Positions 36,149 to 47,421 of a DNA stretch of 64,000 nucleotides are shown here, piece after piece; position 1 is the first letter of the stretch, and each line of letters starts with the position of its first letter. The translations under genes were made by a program, and so were the position numbers. The DNA is from Candidatus Yanofskybacteria bacterium RIFCSPHIGHO2_01_FULL_41_21. GTDB taxonomy: Bacteria > Patescibacteriota > Minisyncoccia > 2-02-FULL-40-12 > GWA2-44-9. A model generated the notes under the pieces. The model saw nothing but the letters and a program-made list of their open reading frames with translations, was not told the origin of the DNA and did not search any database. The stretch lies in assembly GCA_001794025.1 (NCBI GenBank), contig MGJA01000008.1, forward strand, positions 358 through 64,357. The letters are read 5' to 3'.

Positions 36149-36437
36149 GATAGCTGGACAGAGGGAAATTTTCTCAGCTTCCTCTTGGACTATTTCTAGC
36201 AACTCTTCCTAATTTCTCTGACCAGCCGAAGCAACTCCTGTCGGGCCATGCGGCTTCGCTTTGCTCACCCGTTCCCGACATCCTCGGGCTGGTACCCAGA
36301 GAAATACGTTGTATATTTAATTCGTTCGGACAAAATGATTTTCAATCACTTTGCTCCTCACTCATAAATATAGCGTCAGAGTTGCTGAAATAGAGCCAAT
36401 CGTGCAGATTGAGAAAATTTCCCTCTGCCACGCTATC
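36149..36437 (+). repeat. About 200-bp dispersed element, copy 1, with an internal insertion of about 70 bp
   Basis: TTTTCTCAGCTTCCTCTTGG...CCAATCGTGCAGATTGAGAAAA; other copies at 42953, 46458, 62591, 63343. Confidence 0.9.
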
Positions 36438-36461
36438 TTGGTGTGTGGTTTTAGTGATAAA

Positions 36462-36565
36462 GAATTGAAAACTCGCCCTTTGACCCAGTAGCGGAGGGGG
36501 ACCCTTTGGGGGAACCGCCGGGACTGGTTCCCCGGGTCTGGGGCAAAGGGCGAGTTTTCAATTCT
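36462..36565 (-). repeat. GC-rich dispersed element (GGGAACCAGTCCCG core)
   Basis: Other copies at 39359-39545, 46246-46435 and 53378-53483. Confidence 0.88.
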
Positions 36566-38044
36566 TTATTTAGTAGAAATCAGAGGTCCGAAAGGGGTGT
36601 CGGCGATGGTGAAGCCGGAAGATTCAATGCGGGCGCGGAGAGAATCGGCTTTGGACCAGTCCTGATCAAGACGGTGTTGTTCGCGTTGTTCAGCGAGTTC
36701 AAGTATTTCGGGTGGGATGGATTGTTCTTTTGGTTCAGGGACAATACCAAGAACCCGTTCAACAGTGGTCTGGAAAAATGTTTTAACGGATTCTGCTTGG
36801 CCTGCGGAAAGAGTATTTTTGGCAAGCAGGGGATTGAGGGCGCGAATAAGTTCAAAGACCGAGGCAATTGCTGATGGAGCGTTAAAATCGTCATCCATAC
36901 TAGTGGTGAATTTGTCAGCGCAGGATTTTAATGTTTCATCAAGTAAAGGATTTTCTTCACCTGACGCTTTAGTGAGGCGGGCAAGGAAGTCGGCAATGCG
37001 GTCAACGGCGACGGAGGATTGATTAATCAGGGTATCGTCATAGGCGAGGGGAGAACGGTAATGAGCGGAAAGAAAGTAAAGACGGAGTGTTTCAGCTGGG
37101 TGACGGGGTAAACTATTAGTTGTATCTCGGAGAGTTCTGAAATTATTAAGTGATTTTGACATTTTGTCTGCTTTGGTAATAAGAAATCCCGAATGCATCC
37201 AATATTTTACAAACGGAATCTTCCCAGAAGATGCTTGTTGTTGGGCAATTTCAGCTTCGTGATGAGGGAACATTAAATCCTGGCCTCCGCCATGAATATC
37301 ATATTGCTGACCCAGATATTTTTCCGAAATGGCTGTGTCTTCAATGTGCCAGCCCGGACGACCGAGACCCCACGGTGATTCGTTAGTTGGTTCGTAGGAA
37401 TAATTTTGGGCTTTCCAAAGGACAAAATCGCGGGGACTAAGTTTATTGGCCTCCATTTCCACGCGAGTGCTTTCTTTTAATTCTTCTAGATTCTGACCCG
37501 AAAGCACGCCATACTGGTTAGGGAAGTCCTTATTATATCTGGCAAGTTCAAAATAAACATCACTTGCCCCGAGCGAAGTCGAGGGGTTGTCTCCTACTTC
37601 AACAGCATCCGGTCCGGTGGCTTTGATAGCCGGTGCGGTATAAGCATAACCCTTTTCAACTAAGGTCTTAACTTGAGTAATAATTTCAGGAATATGTTCG
37701 GAGGCCAAAGCATAATTATTTACCGAAGCAATTTTGAGTCCACCCATATCGTCAATAAAAGCCGTTTTGTATTTGAGGGATATTTCTTCAGGTTTTTTGC
37801 CCTCATTGTGGGCGCGGGTAATAATCTTATCGTCAATGTCGGTAATATTTTGAACGTAGTTCAATTCAAATCCTTTAAATTCCAAATAACGGCCGACGAC
37901 ATCAAAGAAAACAAATGTCCGAGCGTTCCCGATATGAATGTAATCATAAACTGTCGGCCCACAGACAAACATTCCAACACTTTTTTGATCAAGCGGAATA
38001 AACTCTTCTTTGGTTTTATTTAGGGTGTTGTAGATTTTTAACAT
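36566..38044 (-). CDS. cysS: Cysteinyl-tRNA synthetase
   Basis: CGPTVY, HIGN, GRPGWHIE, KMSKS. Confidence 0.97.
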   Translation of the reverse strand: MLKIYNTLNKTKEEFIPLDQKSVGMFVCGPTVYDYIHIGNARTFVFFDVVGRYLEFKGFELNYVQNITDIDDKIITRAHNEGKKPEEISLKYKTAFIDDMGGLKIASVNNYALASEHIPEIITQVKTLVEKGYAYTAPAIKATGPDAVEVGDNPSTSLGASDVYFELARYNKDFPNQYGVLSGQNLEELKESTRVEMEANKLSPRDFVLWKAQNYSYEPTNESPWGLGRPGWHIEDTAISEKYLGQQYDIHGGGQDLMFPHHEAEIAQQQASSGKIPFVKYWMHSGFLITKADKMSKSLNNFRTLRDTTNSLPRHPAETLRLYFLSAHYRSPLAYDDTLINQSSVAVDRIADFLARLTKASGEENPLLDETLKSCADKFTTSMDDDFNAPSAIASVFELIRALNPLLAKNTLSAGQAESVKTFFQTTVERVLGIVPEPKEQSIPPEILELAEQREQHRLDQDWSKADSLRARIESSGFTIADTPFGPLISTK

Positions 38045-38055
38045 AGTAGTAAATT

Positions 38056-39339
38056 CTATAGCACAATCATGGCAATAATACAGGCCGTCATGATTATAAG
38101 CAGTATATAGGCAATAATATTAGATAACAAACGGCTGGTGTATTGACCCATGATTTTTGGATTATTAGCCATATGAATAACCAAAGCGATAATAAACGGC
38201 GAAACAACGCCGAAAATTATACCTGTATAATAAAGAATATTGATAGGTTGTAAACCAAAGACAGGAATAGCTATGCCCAGTAGAGTCGCTAAAACCAAAA
38301 TCAGATAAAATTGCCTGGCTTTTCCGAAGGTATAATCCAAGCCCACTTTCCAGCCGATTGTCTCCGCAATAGCATAAGCGGCGGAACCGGCCAAGACCGG
38401 AATAGCTAGGATACCGGAAGCAATAATACCAATTAAAAATAGAAGATTAGTGTAGTGTCCCGCCAATGGTTGGAGGATTGTGGCCATTTCTTCAATACTG
38501 CTCACTTCACTAAAACCATGAGAAAAAAGGGTTGAAGCGGCTAGAATCATAATAAAAAATGTAATTAAATTAGAAAATATCATACCCATCCGAACATCTG
38601 TGTACATGGTACCAATCTCGTTTTTCATTCTGACTGAAGACCGGCTGGCAGTATGAGGTTTAATATCCGGAATCATGCCATGAATATGGTCATGATAATG
38701 AAGCCGTTCTTCTTCCACCGCTTCCGATGCTTGCCAAAAGAATAAATACGGCGAAATAGTGGTTCCGAATATGGCGACAATCATGGCCAAGTATTCTTTG
38801 CTAAATGTTATATGAGGAATGAGAACATTTAACATAACATTTCTCCAATCAGGCGATATAAAAAAGACAGCCAAGACATATGAAAACAAAACGATGGCAA
38901 TCCATTTTAAATATTTAGCGATAACACGATAAGGAAGTATAATTATAAGTCCGATAACAATAAGTGATAGTAAAATAGATATAATAACAGACGGAAGGGG
39001 AACAAGGAGTTTGACCGCCGCGGACATGGCAGAAATATCAGCGCCGATATTAATGACAGTAGCAACCGAAATAAGGACAGTAATAAAAAGAAGCATCCAT
39101 ACGGGATAATGCTTTTTCATATTCCCTGCCAGTCCTTTTCCTGACACTAAACCAATCCGACCAGCCATGCGCTGGATAATTATCATGAAAGGCAGAGTTG
39201 CAAGAACAGTCCAGAGAATTGAGAGGCCAAACTTAGCTCCAGCGATGGCGTAGATAGCAATACCGGCCGGATCATCATCGGCTGCGCCGACAACTAAACC
39301 TGGCCCAAGAGACCGCCAAAAGGATTTGAGTTTGTCCAT
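38056..39339 (-). CDS. NRAMP-family divalent metal transporter
   Basis: GPGLVVGAADDDPAG, GTTISPYLFFWQ. Confidence 0.9.
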   Translation of the reverse strand: MDKLKSFWRSLGPGLVVGAADDDPAGIAIYAIAGAKFGLSILWTVLATLPFMIIIQRMAGRIGLVSGKGLAGNMKKHYPVWMLLFITVLISVATVINIGADISAMSAAVKLLVPLPSVIISILLSLIVIGLIIILPYRVIAKYLKWIAIVLFSYVLAVFFISPDWRNVMLNVLIPHITFSKEYLAMIVAIFGTTISPYLFFWQASEAVEEERLHYHDHIHGMIPDIKPHTASRSSVRMKNEIGTMYTDVRMGMIFSNLITFFIMILAASTLFSHGFSEVSSIEEMATILQPLAGHYTNLLFLIGIIASGILAIPVLAGSAAYAIAETIGWKVGLDYTFGKARQFYLILVLATLLGIAIPVFGLQPINILYYTGIIFGVVSPFIIALVIHMANNPKIMGQYTSRLLSNIIAYILLIIMTACIIAMIVL

Positions 39340-39358
39340 TTCTTAAATTGTAACATAT

Positions 39359-39545
39359 CGTTCCATCCACCCCAACTACCAACTCAATCATCACTTGGGA
39401 CCACTCTTATCCCCAGACCCAGGGAACCAGTCCCGTCGGTTCCCCCACAGAGTGGGACCCCCTCCGCTACTGGGTCTAAGAGTGGCCCCCAAGCGACTCA
39501 ATGTGAAATGATTTTAGGATTTCTTGCTGGGAGTTAGGGTGTCGG
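39359..39545 (+). repeat. Long copy of the GGGAACCAGTCCCG element
   Basis: Collinear with 46246-46435. Confidence 0.85.
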
Positions 39546-39600
39546 TTGCCTCGAATTGGCAATGGTTTTCGCTCGACTCGGGGGTATATGCCGGAGTGAG

Positions 39601-39627
39601 CTGGCACTCTTGACATGAGAGTGCCAG
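39601..39627 (+). promoter_or_regulatory. CIRCE operator (variant) overlapping the -35 box
   Basis: CTGGCACTC-N9-GAGTGCCAG versus consensus TTAGCACTC-N9-GAGTGCTAA; TTGACA in the spacer; upstream of hrcA. Confidence 0.9.
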
Positions 39628-39645
39628 TTATAATATACTGTCTGC

Positions 39646-40404
39646 ATGAATGTGACAAAGCGACAAAACACATTGCTGGACTTCATTATTCGGGAATATG
39701 TGAAGACGGCAAAACCAATTCCCTCGGCTTTGGTTTGTAAGAAATCAAAGTTGAAAGTTAGTCCGGCTACCATCCGAAATGAGATGAATTATTTGGAGGA
39801 AAATGGTTACTTAGAACAACGGCACACTTCCGGCGGGCGGGTGCCAACCGATAAGGCCTACCGGTATTACGTAAACAAATTATTAAACCATCCAAGTCAG
39901 CTGGAAGTAAATCAAGAAAATAAAAAAGATATAACAAGAGCACTTTTCAAAGCCGGTCCCGATAGTCGAGCCATTAATAAAGCCATTGCCAGAGTTCTTT
40001 CTGAGCAATCCGGGAACCTTGTCATTACCGGAATAGCTGAAGAAGCAGAATTCTTCAAACAAGGATTAGTCAGTTTATCTCGCCATCCTGAATTTCAAAA
40101 AGTAGACAGTTTATTTCAGTTGACGAGTTTCTTTGAGGGATTTGATTTGATGTTTCAATTAATTGAGCGTGAATTTATGAGAATTCTTGGCGTGCCAGAT
40201 GGAATACAAATTCAAATTTTGATTGGTCACGAAAATCCGTTCTGCCAGATTAAAGGAGAGACCATCATGTGCACGAAATATCTTCTGCCGGGTGATGTTG
40301 TCGGTTCCCTTACCCTGATTGGTCCCAAACGGATGGATTATGAAAAAAATATCGCCCTAATAAAATATACAACTGATCAATTACGAAAAATAAATAACCA
40401 CTAA
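39646..40404 (+). CDS. hrcA: Heat-inducible repressor HrcA
   Basis: SPATIRNEM, HTSGGRVPTDKAYRYYV, IGPKRMDY. Confidence 0.95.
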   Translation: MNVTKRQNTLLDFIIREYVKTAKPIPSALVCKKSKLKVSPATIRNEMNYLEENGYLEQRHTSGGRVPTDKAYRYYVNKLLNHPSQLEVNQENKKDITRALFKAGPDSRAINKAIARVLSEQSGNLVITGIAEEAEFFKQGLVSLSRHPEFQKVDSLFQLTSFFEGFDLMFQLIEREFMRILGVPDGIQIQILIGHENPFCQIKGETIMCTKYLLPGDVVGSLTLIGPKRMDYEKNIALIKYTTDQLRKINNH

Positions 40405-40499
40405 ATAATAATTTTCAATTATCAATTTACAATAAATTATCAATAGCTCAATTCTCAAACACTGAAAATTGAAAACTGAAAATTGTAAATTAAACCAAT

Positions 40500-40949
40500 A
40501 TGGACGAAGAAATAAAACAAACCGAAGGAGAAGAAACAGTACAAACAGTATCAAACAATAAAGTAAGCAAAGAGGAGGAGTACTTAAACAATTGGAAACG
40601 GGAACGAGCTGACTTCCTAAATTATAAAAAGGACGAGTCACGGAGGGTTGAAGAATTTGTCAGATTTGCGAATGAAGACGTGATTTTAGAAACGATGGAG
40701 ATTGTAGATGATTTAGATCTTGCGGTTCAGGAGTACAAAGATATTGGCCTGGAGCAAATTATAAAGAAGTTTAAAGATTTATTTAAAAAGTATGGTTTAG
40801 AAGAGATTGAAACAAAAGGCAAGTTTGATCCAGGATTACATGAAGCAATAGAGACAGAAACAGGAGGCGAGAAAATAATTCAAGTCAGGGCGGGATACAC
40901 AATGCACGGAAAAGTAATCAGACCGGCAAGAGTCAGAATCACGAAGTAA
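40500..40949 (+). CDS. grpE: Nucleotide exchange factor GrpE
   Basis: RADFLNYKK, FDPGLHEA, GYTMHGKVIRPARV. Confidence 0.95.
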   Translation: MDEEIKQTEGEETVQTVSNNKVSKEEEYLNNWKRERADFLNYKKDESRRVEEFVRFANEDVILETMEIVDDLDLAVQEYKDIGLEQIIKKFKDLFKKYGLEEIETKGKFDPGLHEAIETETGGEKIIQVRAGYTMHGKVIRPARVRITK

Positions 40950-41050
40950 TTTACAGTTATCAATTAACAATTTACAATAAATTATCAATAGCTCAGTTTT
41001 CAAACATTGAAAATTGGAAACTGAAAATTGAAAATTGATTTTACGAATCC

Positions 41051-42940
41051 ATGAGTAAAATTCTAGGGATTGATTTAGGGACAACTAATTCAGCGATGGC
41101 AGTAGTAGAGGCGGGACAGCCACGTATCTTGGAAAACAAAGAGGGAGTGCGTACCACACCTTCGATTGTGGCAGTCGGTAAAAATAATGAACGTTATGTT
41201 GGTGTTACTGCAAAGCGTCAGGCCGTCACTAATCCAAAGAATACTATTTATTCAGTGAAGCGATTAATCGGTCGTCGTTTTAGCGATGCCGAAGTACAAA
41301 AGGATAAAAAACTTTTACCTTACGAAATTCGTGAAGGTAAACAAGGCGACGTTGAAGTAAATATTGGCGGTGAGTGGAAAAAACCGGCTGAAATTTCGGC
41401 AATGATTCTCCAAAAAATGAAAGCCGACGCTGAAGATAAACTAGGAGAAAAAATTACAGAAGCGATTATTACTGTTCCAGCTTACTTTGACGATGCTCAA
41501 CGTAAGGCGACAAAAGATGCGGGTGAAATTGCTGGTTTAACCGTGAAACGAGTTATTAACGAACCGACTGCTGCCGCACTGGCTTATGGTTTTAACAAGA
41601 AGAAAGATGAGAAGATTGTTGTCTATGACTTTGGGGGCGGAACCTTTGATGTTTCTGTGCTTGAAGTTTCGGAAGATACAATTGAAGTTAAAAGTACGGG
41701 CGGGGATACTCATCTGGGCGGTGATGATATTGACCAAAAAATCATCCATTTCTTTATCGATGAATTTAAAAAGGAAAGCGGAATGGATGTATCAAAGGAT
41801 CAACTTGTCGTTCAACGCTTAAAGGATGCCGCGGAAAAAGCAAAACACGAATTGTCCAGTACATTGCAGACCGAAGTGAATATTCCGTTCTTAACGGCGG
41901 ATTCATCCGGTCCAAAACATTTCACCATTTCGTTTACCCGAGCCAAGCTTGAAGAATTAACACATGAATTTATAGAACGTTCCATTAGAATTACTAAACA
42001 GGTGGTTGAAGATGCCGGTCTTAAAATTTCCGACATTCACGAAGTAGTTATGGTCGGGGGACAGACACGAATGCCGCTGATCGTTGAAGAAGTGAAAAAA
42101 CTATTCGGCAGAGAACCGCATAAGGACATTAACCCGGACGAAGTTGTGGCTCTTGGTGCCGCTGTTCAAGGCGGAATTATGCAAGGAGACATCCGCGACG
42201 TTCTTTTACTTGATGTGACTCCGTTATCTTTGGGTATTGAGACAATGGGCGGTGTATTTACAAAGATGATAGAAAAAAATACAACCGTTCCGGTAGCCAA
42301 GACCCAGGTCTATTCAACCGCAGCTGATAGCCAGCCGTCGGTGGAAATTCATATCTTGCAGGGTGAACGGGCGATGGCAAGCGACAACAAAACTCTGGGT
42401 CGGTTTATTCTTGATGGTATCCCGCCGGCTCCACGTGGTGTGCCTCAAATTGAAGTTACTTTTGACATTGACGCTAACGGTATCTTGAATGTCAAAGCCA
42501 AAGATAAAGCCACTAACAAAGAACAATCAATTCGTATTGAAGGTTCATCTGGTCTTTCTGAAGATGAAAAGAAACGGATGACCGCCGATGCTGAAAAATT
42601 CGCTTCAGAAGATGCTAAGAAAAAAGAACTGGCCGAGACCCGCAATATGGGTGAAACGTTGGCTTATTCAACCGAAAAGATGATTAAAGACAACGATACA
42701 AAAATTAAAGAAGATGACAAAAAAGAATTGAATGATAAGATAAAGAAGGTTCGTTCATCTTTGAAATTGGATAACGTTGATGAAATTAAGTCAGCGACCG
42801 AAGTTCTTTCCAAGTCGGCTCAACGGGTTGGGGGAGAATTATATAAATCCTCCTCCACTGAAGCTTCGGCGGACAAGGCAAGCGAAGAACCGAAGACCGA
42901 AGAAAAACCAAAAGAAGAGCCACCAGTCAAAGAATCCTAA
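41051..42940 (+). CDS. dnaK: Chaperone DnaK
   Basis: [32 protein letters not shown]. Confidence 0.98.
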   Translation: MSKILGIDLGTTNSAMAVVEAGQPRILENKEGVRTTPSIVAVGKNNERYVGVTAKRQAVTNPKNTIYSVKRLIGRRFSDAEVQKDKKLLPYEIREGKQGDVEVNIGGEWKKPAEISAMILQKMKADAEDKLGEKITEAIITVPAYFDDAQRKATKDAGEIAGLTVKRVINEPTAAALAYGFNKKKDEKIVVYDFGGGTFDVSVLEVSEDTIEVKSTGGDTHLGGDDIDQKIIHFFIDEFKKESGMDVSKDQLVVQRLKDAAEKAKHELSSTLQTEVNIPFLTADSSGPKHFTISFTRAKLEELTHEFIERSIRITKQVVEDAGLKISDIHEVVMVGGQTRMPLIVEEVKKLFGREPHKDINPDEVVALGAAVQGGIMQGDIRDVLLLDVTPLSLGIETMGGVFTKMIEKNTTVPVAKTQVYSTAADSQPSVEIHILQGERAMASDNKTLGRFILDGIPPAPRGVPQIEVTFDIDANGILNVKAKDKATNKEQSIRIEGSSGLSEDEKKRMTADAEKFASEDAKKKELAETRNMGETLAYSTEKMIKDNDTKIKEDDKKELNDKIKKVRSSLKLDNVDEIKSATEVLSKSAQRVGGELYKSSSTEASADKASEEPKTEEKPKEEPPVKES

Positions 42941-42952
42941 TCGCTCGGCTGT

Positions 42953-43146
42953 AATCACTTTTCTCACGGCTTCCTCTTGGAGCATTTCTAGAAATTATCT
43001 CTCATTTCTCTGACCGACTGGGGTCACCCCTGTCAGGCCATGCGGATTTCTGTCCGTTCCTGACATCCCCAGATCGGTACCCAGAGAAATATCAAGATAA
43101 TTTCTGAAATGCTTACCAATCGTGCAGATTGTGAGAAAAAGTGATT
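42953..43146 (+). repeat. About 200-bp dispersed element, copy 2
   Basis: Near-identical to 62591-62813. Confidence 0.9.
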
Positions 43147-43728
43147 TCAACCTCGCTTATTGTTTTGGAAAAACCCGGGAGTCGAGAAATTATTGAAAAA
43201 AATAATTTTGAAATAAAAACATCTGATTTGTGTTTGGAAGAACAGGAAGATCAGAAAGAATGGTTGTCTTCAGACGAAGATGTCCCCAATATTCTTTGGG
43301 AAAAAATAAAAGATTTGCCACTCAATATTTCGTTTGGAGATTTTTTGAAAAAAATCAGGAAATCACTTTATGATCTATATGGCGAAAAGAGAGACAAAGC
43401 TTCTTCTTTCGCCGACTCTCGTTTTACACCACTTTCTGAAACGGTAGAACGCGGAATGATTTCTTGTGGGGCTTTTTCTAGTATCTTTGGTGCAGTACTT
43501 AGAAAATTTGGAATTCCAGTTAAACTTATACACGGAATATTAGAAAGTCAGGATGAGAAGAAATCTAATAGACATGCTTGGCTAGAAATTTTTAATCCAG
43601 TAAGTAATTCGTGGTTTGAAATGGATCCAACAAATGATAATTTTGAAGCACGAAATGATGCAATGCGTAGAAAAGTTTATCATAATTGGTTAGAATTAAA
43701 GCCAGATTATGAGAAATGGGAATATTAA
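43141..43728 (+). CDS. Transglutaminase-like domain protein (start uncertain)
   Basis: SCGAFS, RHAWLE, MDPT (Cys-His-Asp triad). Confidence 0.8.
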   Translation: MISTSLIVLEKPGSREIIEKNNFEIKTSDLCLEEQEDQKEWLSSDEDVPNILWEKIKDLPLNISFGDFLKKIRKSLYDLYGEKRDKASSFADSRFTPLSETVERGMISCGAFSSIFGAVLRKFGIPVKLIHGILESQDEKKSNRHAWLEIFNPVSNSWFEMDPTNDNFEARNDAMRRKVYHNWLELKPDYEKWEY

Positions 43729-44064
43729 ATGAAAAGCCTTAAATTTAAACCGGAATTGATTGAGTTGATTCTTGATGGAAGTAAAAGAACTACTTGGCGA
43801 CTTTTTGACGACAAAAATCTAGAAGTCGGAGATGAGTTTGAAATTATTAATTCAGAGACAAAAGAAAATTGCGGTATTGGCGTTATTCAAGATATCAAGA
43901 TTAAAAAGTTGAAAGATATGGATGATACAGATTTTGAAGGTCATGAAAAATATCCTAACCCAGAAATTAAACTTATTCGTTTAAAAGAGCTTTATGGTGA
44001 TAAAGTAAACTTAGATACAATAGTAAAAATAATTAAATTCGGGTTACTAAGTTCTAAATTCTAA
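43729..44064 (+). CDS. ASCH domain protein
   Basis: LILDGSKRTTWR, LEVGD. Confidence 0.85.
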   Translation: MKSLKFKPELIELILDGSKRTTWRLFDDKNLEVGDEFEIINSETKENCGIGVIQDIKIKKLKDMDDTDFEGHEKYPNPEIKLIRLKELYGDKVNLDTIVKIIKFGLLSSKF

Positions 44065-44852
44065 TGGCTAAATCCTATAAACTGATTGTGTGGCATTTAC
44101 TTGTGGCGGTTTTGGTGTGGTGGATGTGGAAAGCGGGGAAGAGTGTTGGGTTTAATACTGTAACGGGGGTGGATATTCAACTTCCTTCTTTTGTGGCATT
44201 TCTTTTATTGATAGCGGTTATTGTGCTGGGATACATCTTGTTTCGGCAAAGACGTTGGTCGGCGAGTATCGCGGGGATTCTTGGGATTTCGTTTTTAATG
44301 GCGTTTGGCTGGAACTGGTTGAATTTACTCTCGGTTGGTGTTGTTCTGGGATTTAATTTTTGGTCGGCGACAAGAGTAAGGCGGGAGATTAATGAAAGAA
44401 GGGTTCTTAATATTAAAGATGCGTTTTATCATGGATTGATGCCGGTCGTGTTGGGATTGTTTGTGATGATATCTTTTGCCGCTTATCAGGGCCCGTTGTT
44501 AAATGAAATTAAAGATGCTCAACAGTTACCGAGTCAGGCCCAGATATTTTTCAAACAAATAGTTGAAGGAACAGTCGGTCAAAAAATTAAAGCTCCGGCC
44601 GAACAACGCAACTGGATTATTAATGAAATTGCTTCCCAGACCCTTCAACAAATCAACGGAGTTATGAAACCGTATTTCCAATATGCTCCGCCGATTCTGG
44701 CCTTTGGTTTATTCTTAATTCTCTGGGGGTTATCATTTATTTTTATCTGGTTAGGCATATTGGTGGGCATGATTCTGTATTGGATATTAAAAAAGACCCA
44801 CGTGGTGCGGGTTGAAGAACGGGAGGTGAAAGCGGAAGTGCTGGTTGTTTGA
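44064..44852 (+). CDS. Hypothetical polytopic membrane protein
   Basis: Several hydrophobic helices. Confidence 0.75.
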   Translation: MAKSYKLIVWHLLVAVLVWWMWKAGKSVGFNTVTGVDIQLPSFVAFLLLIAVIVLGYILFRQRRWSASIAGILGISFLMAFGWNWLNLLSVGVVLGFNFWSATRVRREINERRVLNIKDAFYHGLMPVVLGLFVMISFAAYQGPLLNEIKDAQQLPSQAQIFFKQIVEGTVGQKIKAPAEQRNWIINEIASQTLQQINGVMKPYFQYAPPILAFGLFLILWGLSFIFIWLGILVGMILYWILKKTHVVRVEEREVKAEVLVV

Positions 44853-44916
44853 ACTCCACCGTTGAAAAGAAACTGCCTTTAGCATTATTAAAAATTATTT
44901 CTTTTCAACGGTGGGG

Positions 44917-45226
44917 AAAAAGAAAATCGGCTCGGGAGTGGCACCTCCAAGAGCCGATGGTTGCATTATACACCTTCCGTATTAGACAAGTGTGCCACCT
45001 TGTCACCAGGACCAGACGAACGGTCAGCGTATTTGGCGAGGGCTTACCCGTTTACCCCGCCTGCTTATTCAGGTTGGCGCCCCAGCACAACCTGATCGGG
45101 TGCCGAGTTCCGGCCCACTTCATTGGAGCCTTTCCTCAGGTTTCGCCCGGTCGTCGTGGGTTTCGATGTGAGGATGAACCTCACAAGCCACTGGGGGATC
45201 GGGGAATTACTAAACGAAGGATCAAT
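44917..45226 (-). ncRNA. Unassigned GC-rich structured ncRNA candidate (about 250-310 nt)
   Basis: Promoter TTGACA-N18-TATACT (45233-45262); end pairing CCTTCG..TTAG / CTAATACGGAAGG; terminator at 44917-44958. Confidence 0.6.
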
Positions 45227-45400
45227 ACCTTAAGTATAGCACATATTGAATAAAGTTGTCAATCCCGCACATAAAAACCAACAATTACCCATATTTTACC
45301 TTAGTTTTACAATCTTTCATTATCAACAGTTTTGTGATAAAATAAGGCAATATATCCGTAGCATTGGTTTTTATGTGCGGGATTAAAATGACATTATAAA

Positions 45401-46243
45401 ATGGCTAACCGTGACTATTATACAATCTTAGGAGTACCTAGGACCGCCTCGGCGGATGATATTAAAAAGGCCTATCGCAAGTTGGCTCATGAACATCATC
45501 CTGATAAAAAGACGGGCGACGAAGCCAAATTCAAAGAAGTGAATGAGGCCTATCAGGTTCTTTCCGATCCGCAGAAGCGTTCTAATTACGATACGCTTGG
45601 TTATGCCTATAATGATGGCGGTTTTGGTGGCAACAATACGCCAGGTGGCGGAGGATATAATTTTAATCAAGAAGATATTTGGAATATGTTTGGCGGTTCC
45701 GCTGGACGACGAACGGGAGAGCGTCGGGGAAATTCAGAAGATATTTTTGAAATGTTTTCGGAAATGTTCGGCGGTTATCGGGATCAATCCGCCGGCTGGA
45801 GAAATGAACAGGAACACAAAGGTGAAGATTTATTTATTGAGGTTACCGTCAGTAAAAAAGATTTAGGAACGACCAGAATACTTGAATATGAAATTCAGGA
45901 TGCTTGCTTGGAGTGTAAAGGGGAGGGAGTAGCCAAGGGTTACAAAATTATTACTTGTCAGACATGCAAAGGCGCGGGTCAAGTTCGTCAACAAGCCCGA
46001 AGCGGGTTTGGTGTTTTTTCAACTATCACTGCCTGCCCAACTTGTCGGGGTCGGGGACGGATACCAGAAAAAGAATGTTCAACCTGCAGAGGTACCGGTC
46101 GGGGCAAGACCCGCCAAACACTTGAAGTTCGTCTACCTGCCAATCTCCCTCATTCTTACAATGTCGTCGTTCCTCAAGCCGGCAACGCTGGCAAAGGCGG
46201 TCAACCCCCCGGCGATTTAGTCGTCAATATTCGTGTGAAATAA
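45401..46243 (+). CDS. dnaJ: DnaJ (J domain, G/F region, four CxxCxGxG), short C-terminus
   Basis: [11 protein letters not shown], four Zn-finger motifs, PGDLVV. Confidence 0.9.
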   Translation: MANRDYYTILGVPRTASADDIKKAYRKLAHEHHPDKKTGDEAKFKEVNEAYQVLSDPQKRSNYDTLGYAYNDGGFGGNNTPGGGGYNFNQEDIWNMFGGSAGRRTGERRGNSEDIFEMFSEMFGGYRDQSAGWRNEQEHKGEDLFIEVTVSKKDLGTTRILEYEIQDACLECKGEGVAKGYKIITCQTCKGAGQVRQQARSGFGVFSTITACPTCRGRGRIPEKECSTCRGTGRGKTRQTLEVRLPANLPHSYNVVVPQAGNAGKGGQPPGDLVVNIRVK

Positions 46244-46245
46244 TT

Positions 46246-46435
46246 CGTTCCCTCCACCCCAACCTCTGACTCAATCGTCACTTGGGGTCCACTCTTACCC
46301 CCAGACCCAGGGAACCAGTCCCGTCGGTTCCCCCAGCTTCGCTGGGACCCCTTCCGCTACTGGGTCTAAGAGTATACCCCAAGTGACTCAGAGTAAAATG
46401 ATTTTAGGATTTCTCGCTGGGGATTAGGGTATCGG
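46246..46435 (+). repeat. Long copy of the GGGAACCAGTCCCG element
   Basis: Collinear with 39359-39545. Confidence 0.85.
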
Positions 46436-46457
46436 TCGCTAATTTTTTTAAATAAAA

Positions 46458-46684
46458 TTGAGCGAAGTCATCACTATTTTTCTCAATCTGCACAAACGGT
46501 TGTTATTTCAGATTTTCTGACGCTTCTTTTCCTGGGTACCAGCCCGAGGATGTCGGGAACGGGTTTTCTGAAAGAAAAGCCGCATGGCCCGACAGGAGTT
46601 GCTTCGGCTGGTCAGGAAAAGGAGGAAGAAAACCTAGAAATAGCCCGGGAGGAAGCTGAGAAAAATGGTGATGACTTCACTCAA
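46458..46684 (-). repeat. About 200-bp dispersed element, copy 3 (inverted)
   Basis: CTGGGTACCAGCCCGAGGATGTCGGGAACGGG shared with the 63343 copy. Confidence 0.88.
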
Positions 46685-46711
46685 TGATTTGTTGTGGTAC
46701 AATTTAAAGAC

Positions 46712-47353
46712 ATGGACACTATCTCTAATTTTTTGAAGACGCTTCATATTCCTACTTTTGGAGAGGTGACTTCGTCGGCGTCGCAGGCGGCCGGTGAGGC
46801 GGCAACTAAGGCCGTGGTGGAGAAGGCGAGTCAGATTACAGTGCCGGGGTTAGGAGCACTATCTATGCCATCACTAGGTTCAGGCGAGCTCTTTGGAATT
46901 TTGGTCGTGGTTGGTATTTTACTTATGGCTTTAACGCTTGGGCGAACACGAACGCTTATTTCTGTACTTTCAATTTATGTCGCTTTTGCCCTTCAAACAA
47001 TATTTCCATTTTTTGGTTGGATTTTAAAAAATCAATCTTTGACGAATGATTTACCGACCCTGCGGGTCTTTGTTTTTTTGATACTATATTCAATTGTTTT
47101 CGGATTATTAAATCGGTCAATTCTTAAAACTAGATTTAATTTAGGTGAAGCATCTTTTGTTTCAGTAGTAACGATGGGACTGGTTCAGATCGGGCTTATC
47201 ATTTCCATAATTCTTAATCTTGCTCCAAGTTTTTATGATATCGCAAATAAATTACCAGCGGGTCTTTCACCATTCTTCGGCAATCAACTTGCCCTTTTTT
47301 ATTGGGCGCTCGTTCCTGTGTTTCTACTTATTTTTCAAAAGCGATCCGACTAG
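46712..47353 (+). CDS. Hypothetical membrane protein
   Basis: About five TM helices; ATG at 46712. Confidence 0.75.
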   Translation: MDTISNFLKTLHIPTFGEVTSSASQAAGEAATKAVVEKASQITVPGLGALSMPSLGSGELFGILVVVGILLMALTLGRTRTLISVLSIYVAFALQTIFPFFGWILKNQSLTNDLPTLRVFVFLILYSIVFGLLNRSILKTRFNLGEASFVSVVTMGLVQIGLIISIILNLAPSFYDIANKLPAGLSPFFGNQLALFYWALVPVFLLIFQKRSD

Positions 47354-47421
47354 TTGTATTTTGTTGATTTTTATTGCATAATATTGCGGGTTCTTCGGTT
47401 CTTTAAAAGAGGTAACTAACA

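Noticed and set aside
44973-45226. RNase P RNA, tmRNA or the 134-aa ORF 44849-45253
   Set aside because: GAGGAAAG is present, but I found no matching 3' P4 strand and no tRNA-like ends. The + strand ORF has a TTG start, no motif, and runs against the promoter and terminator.
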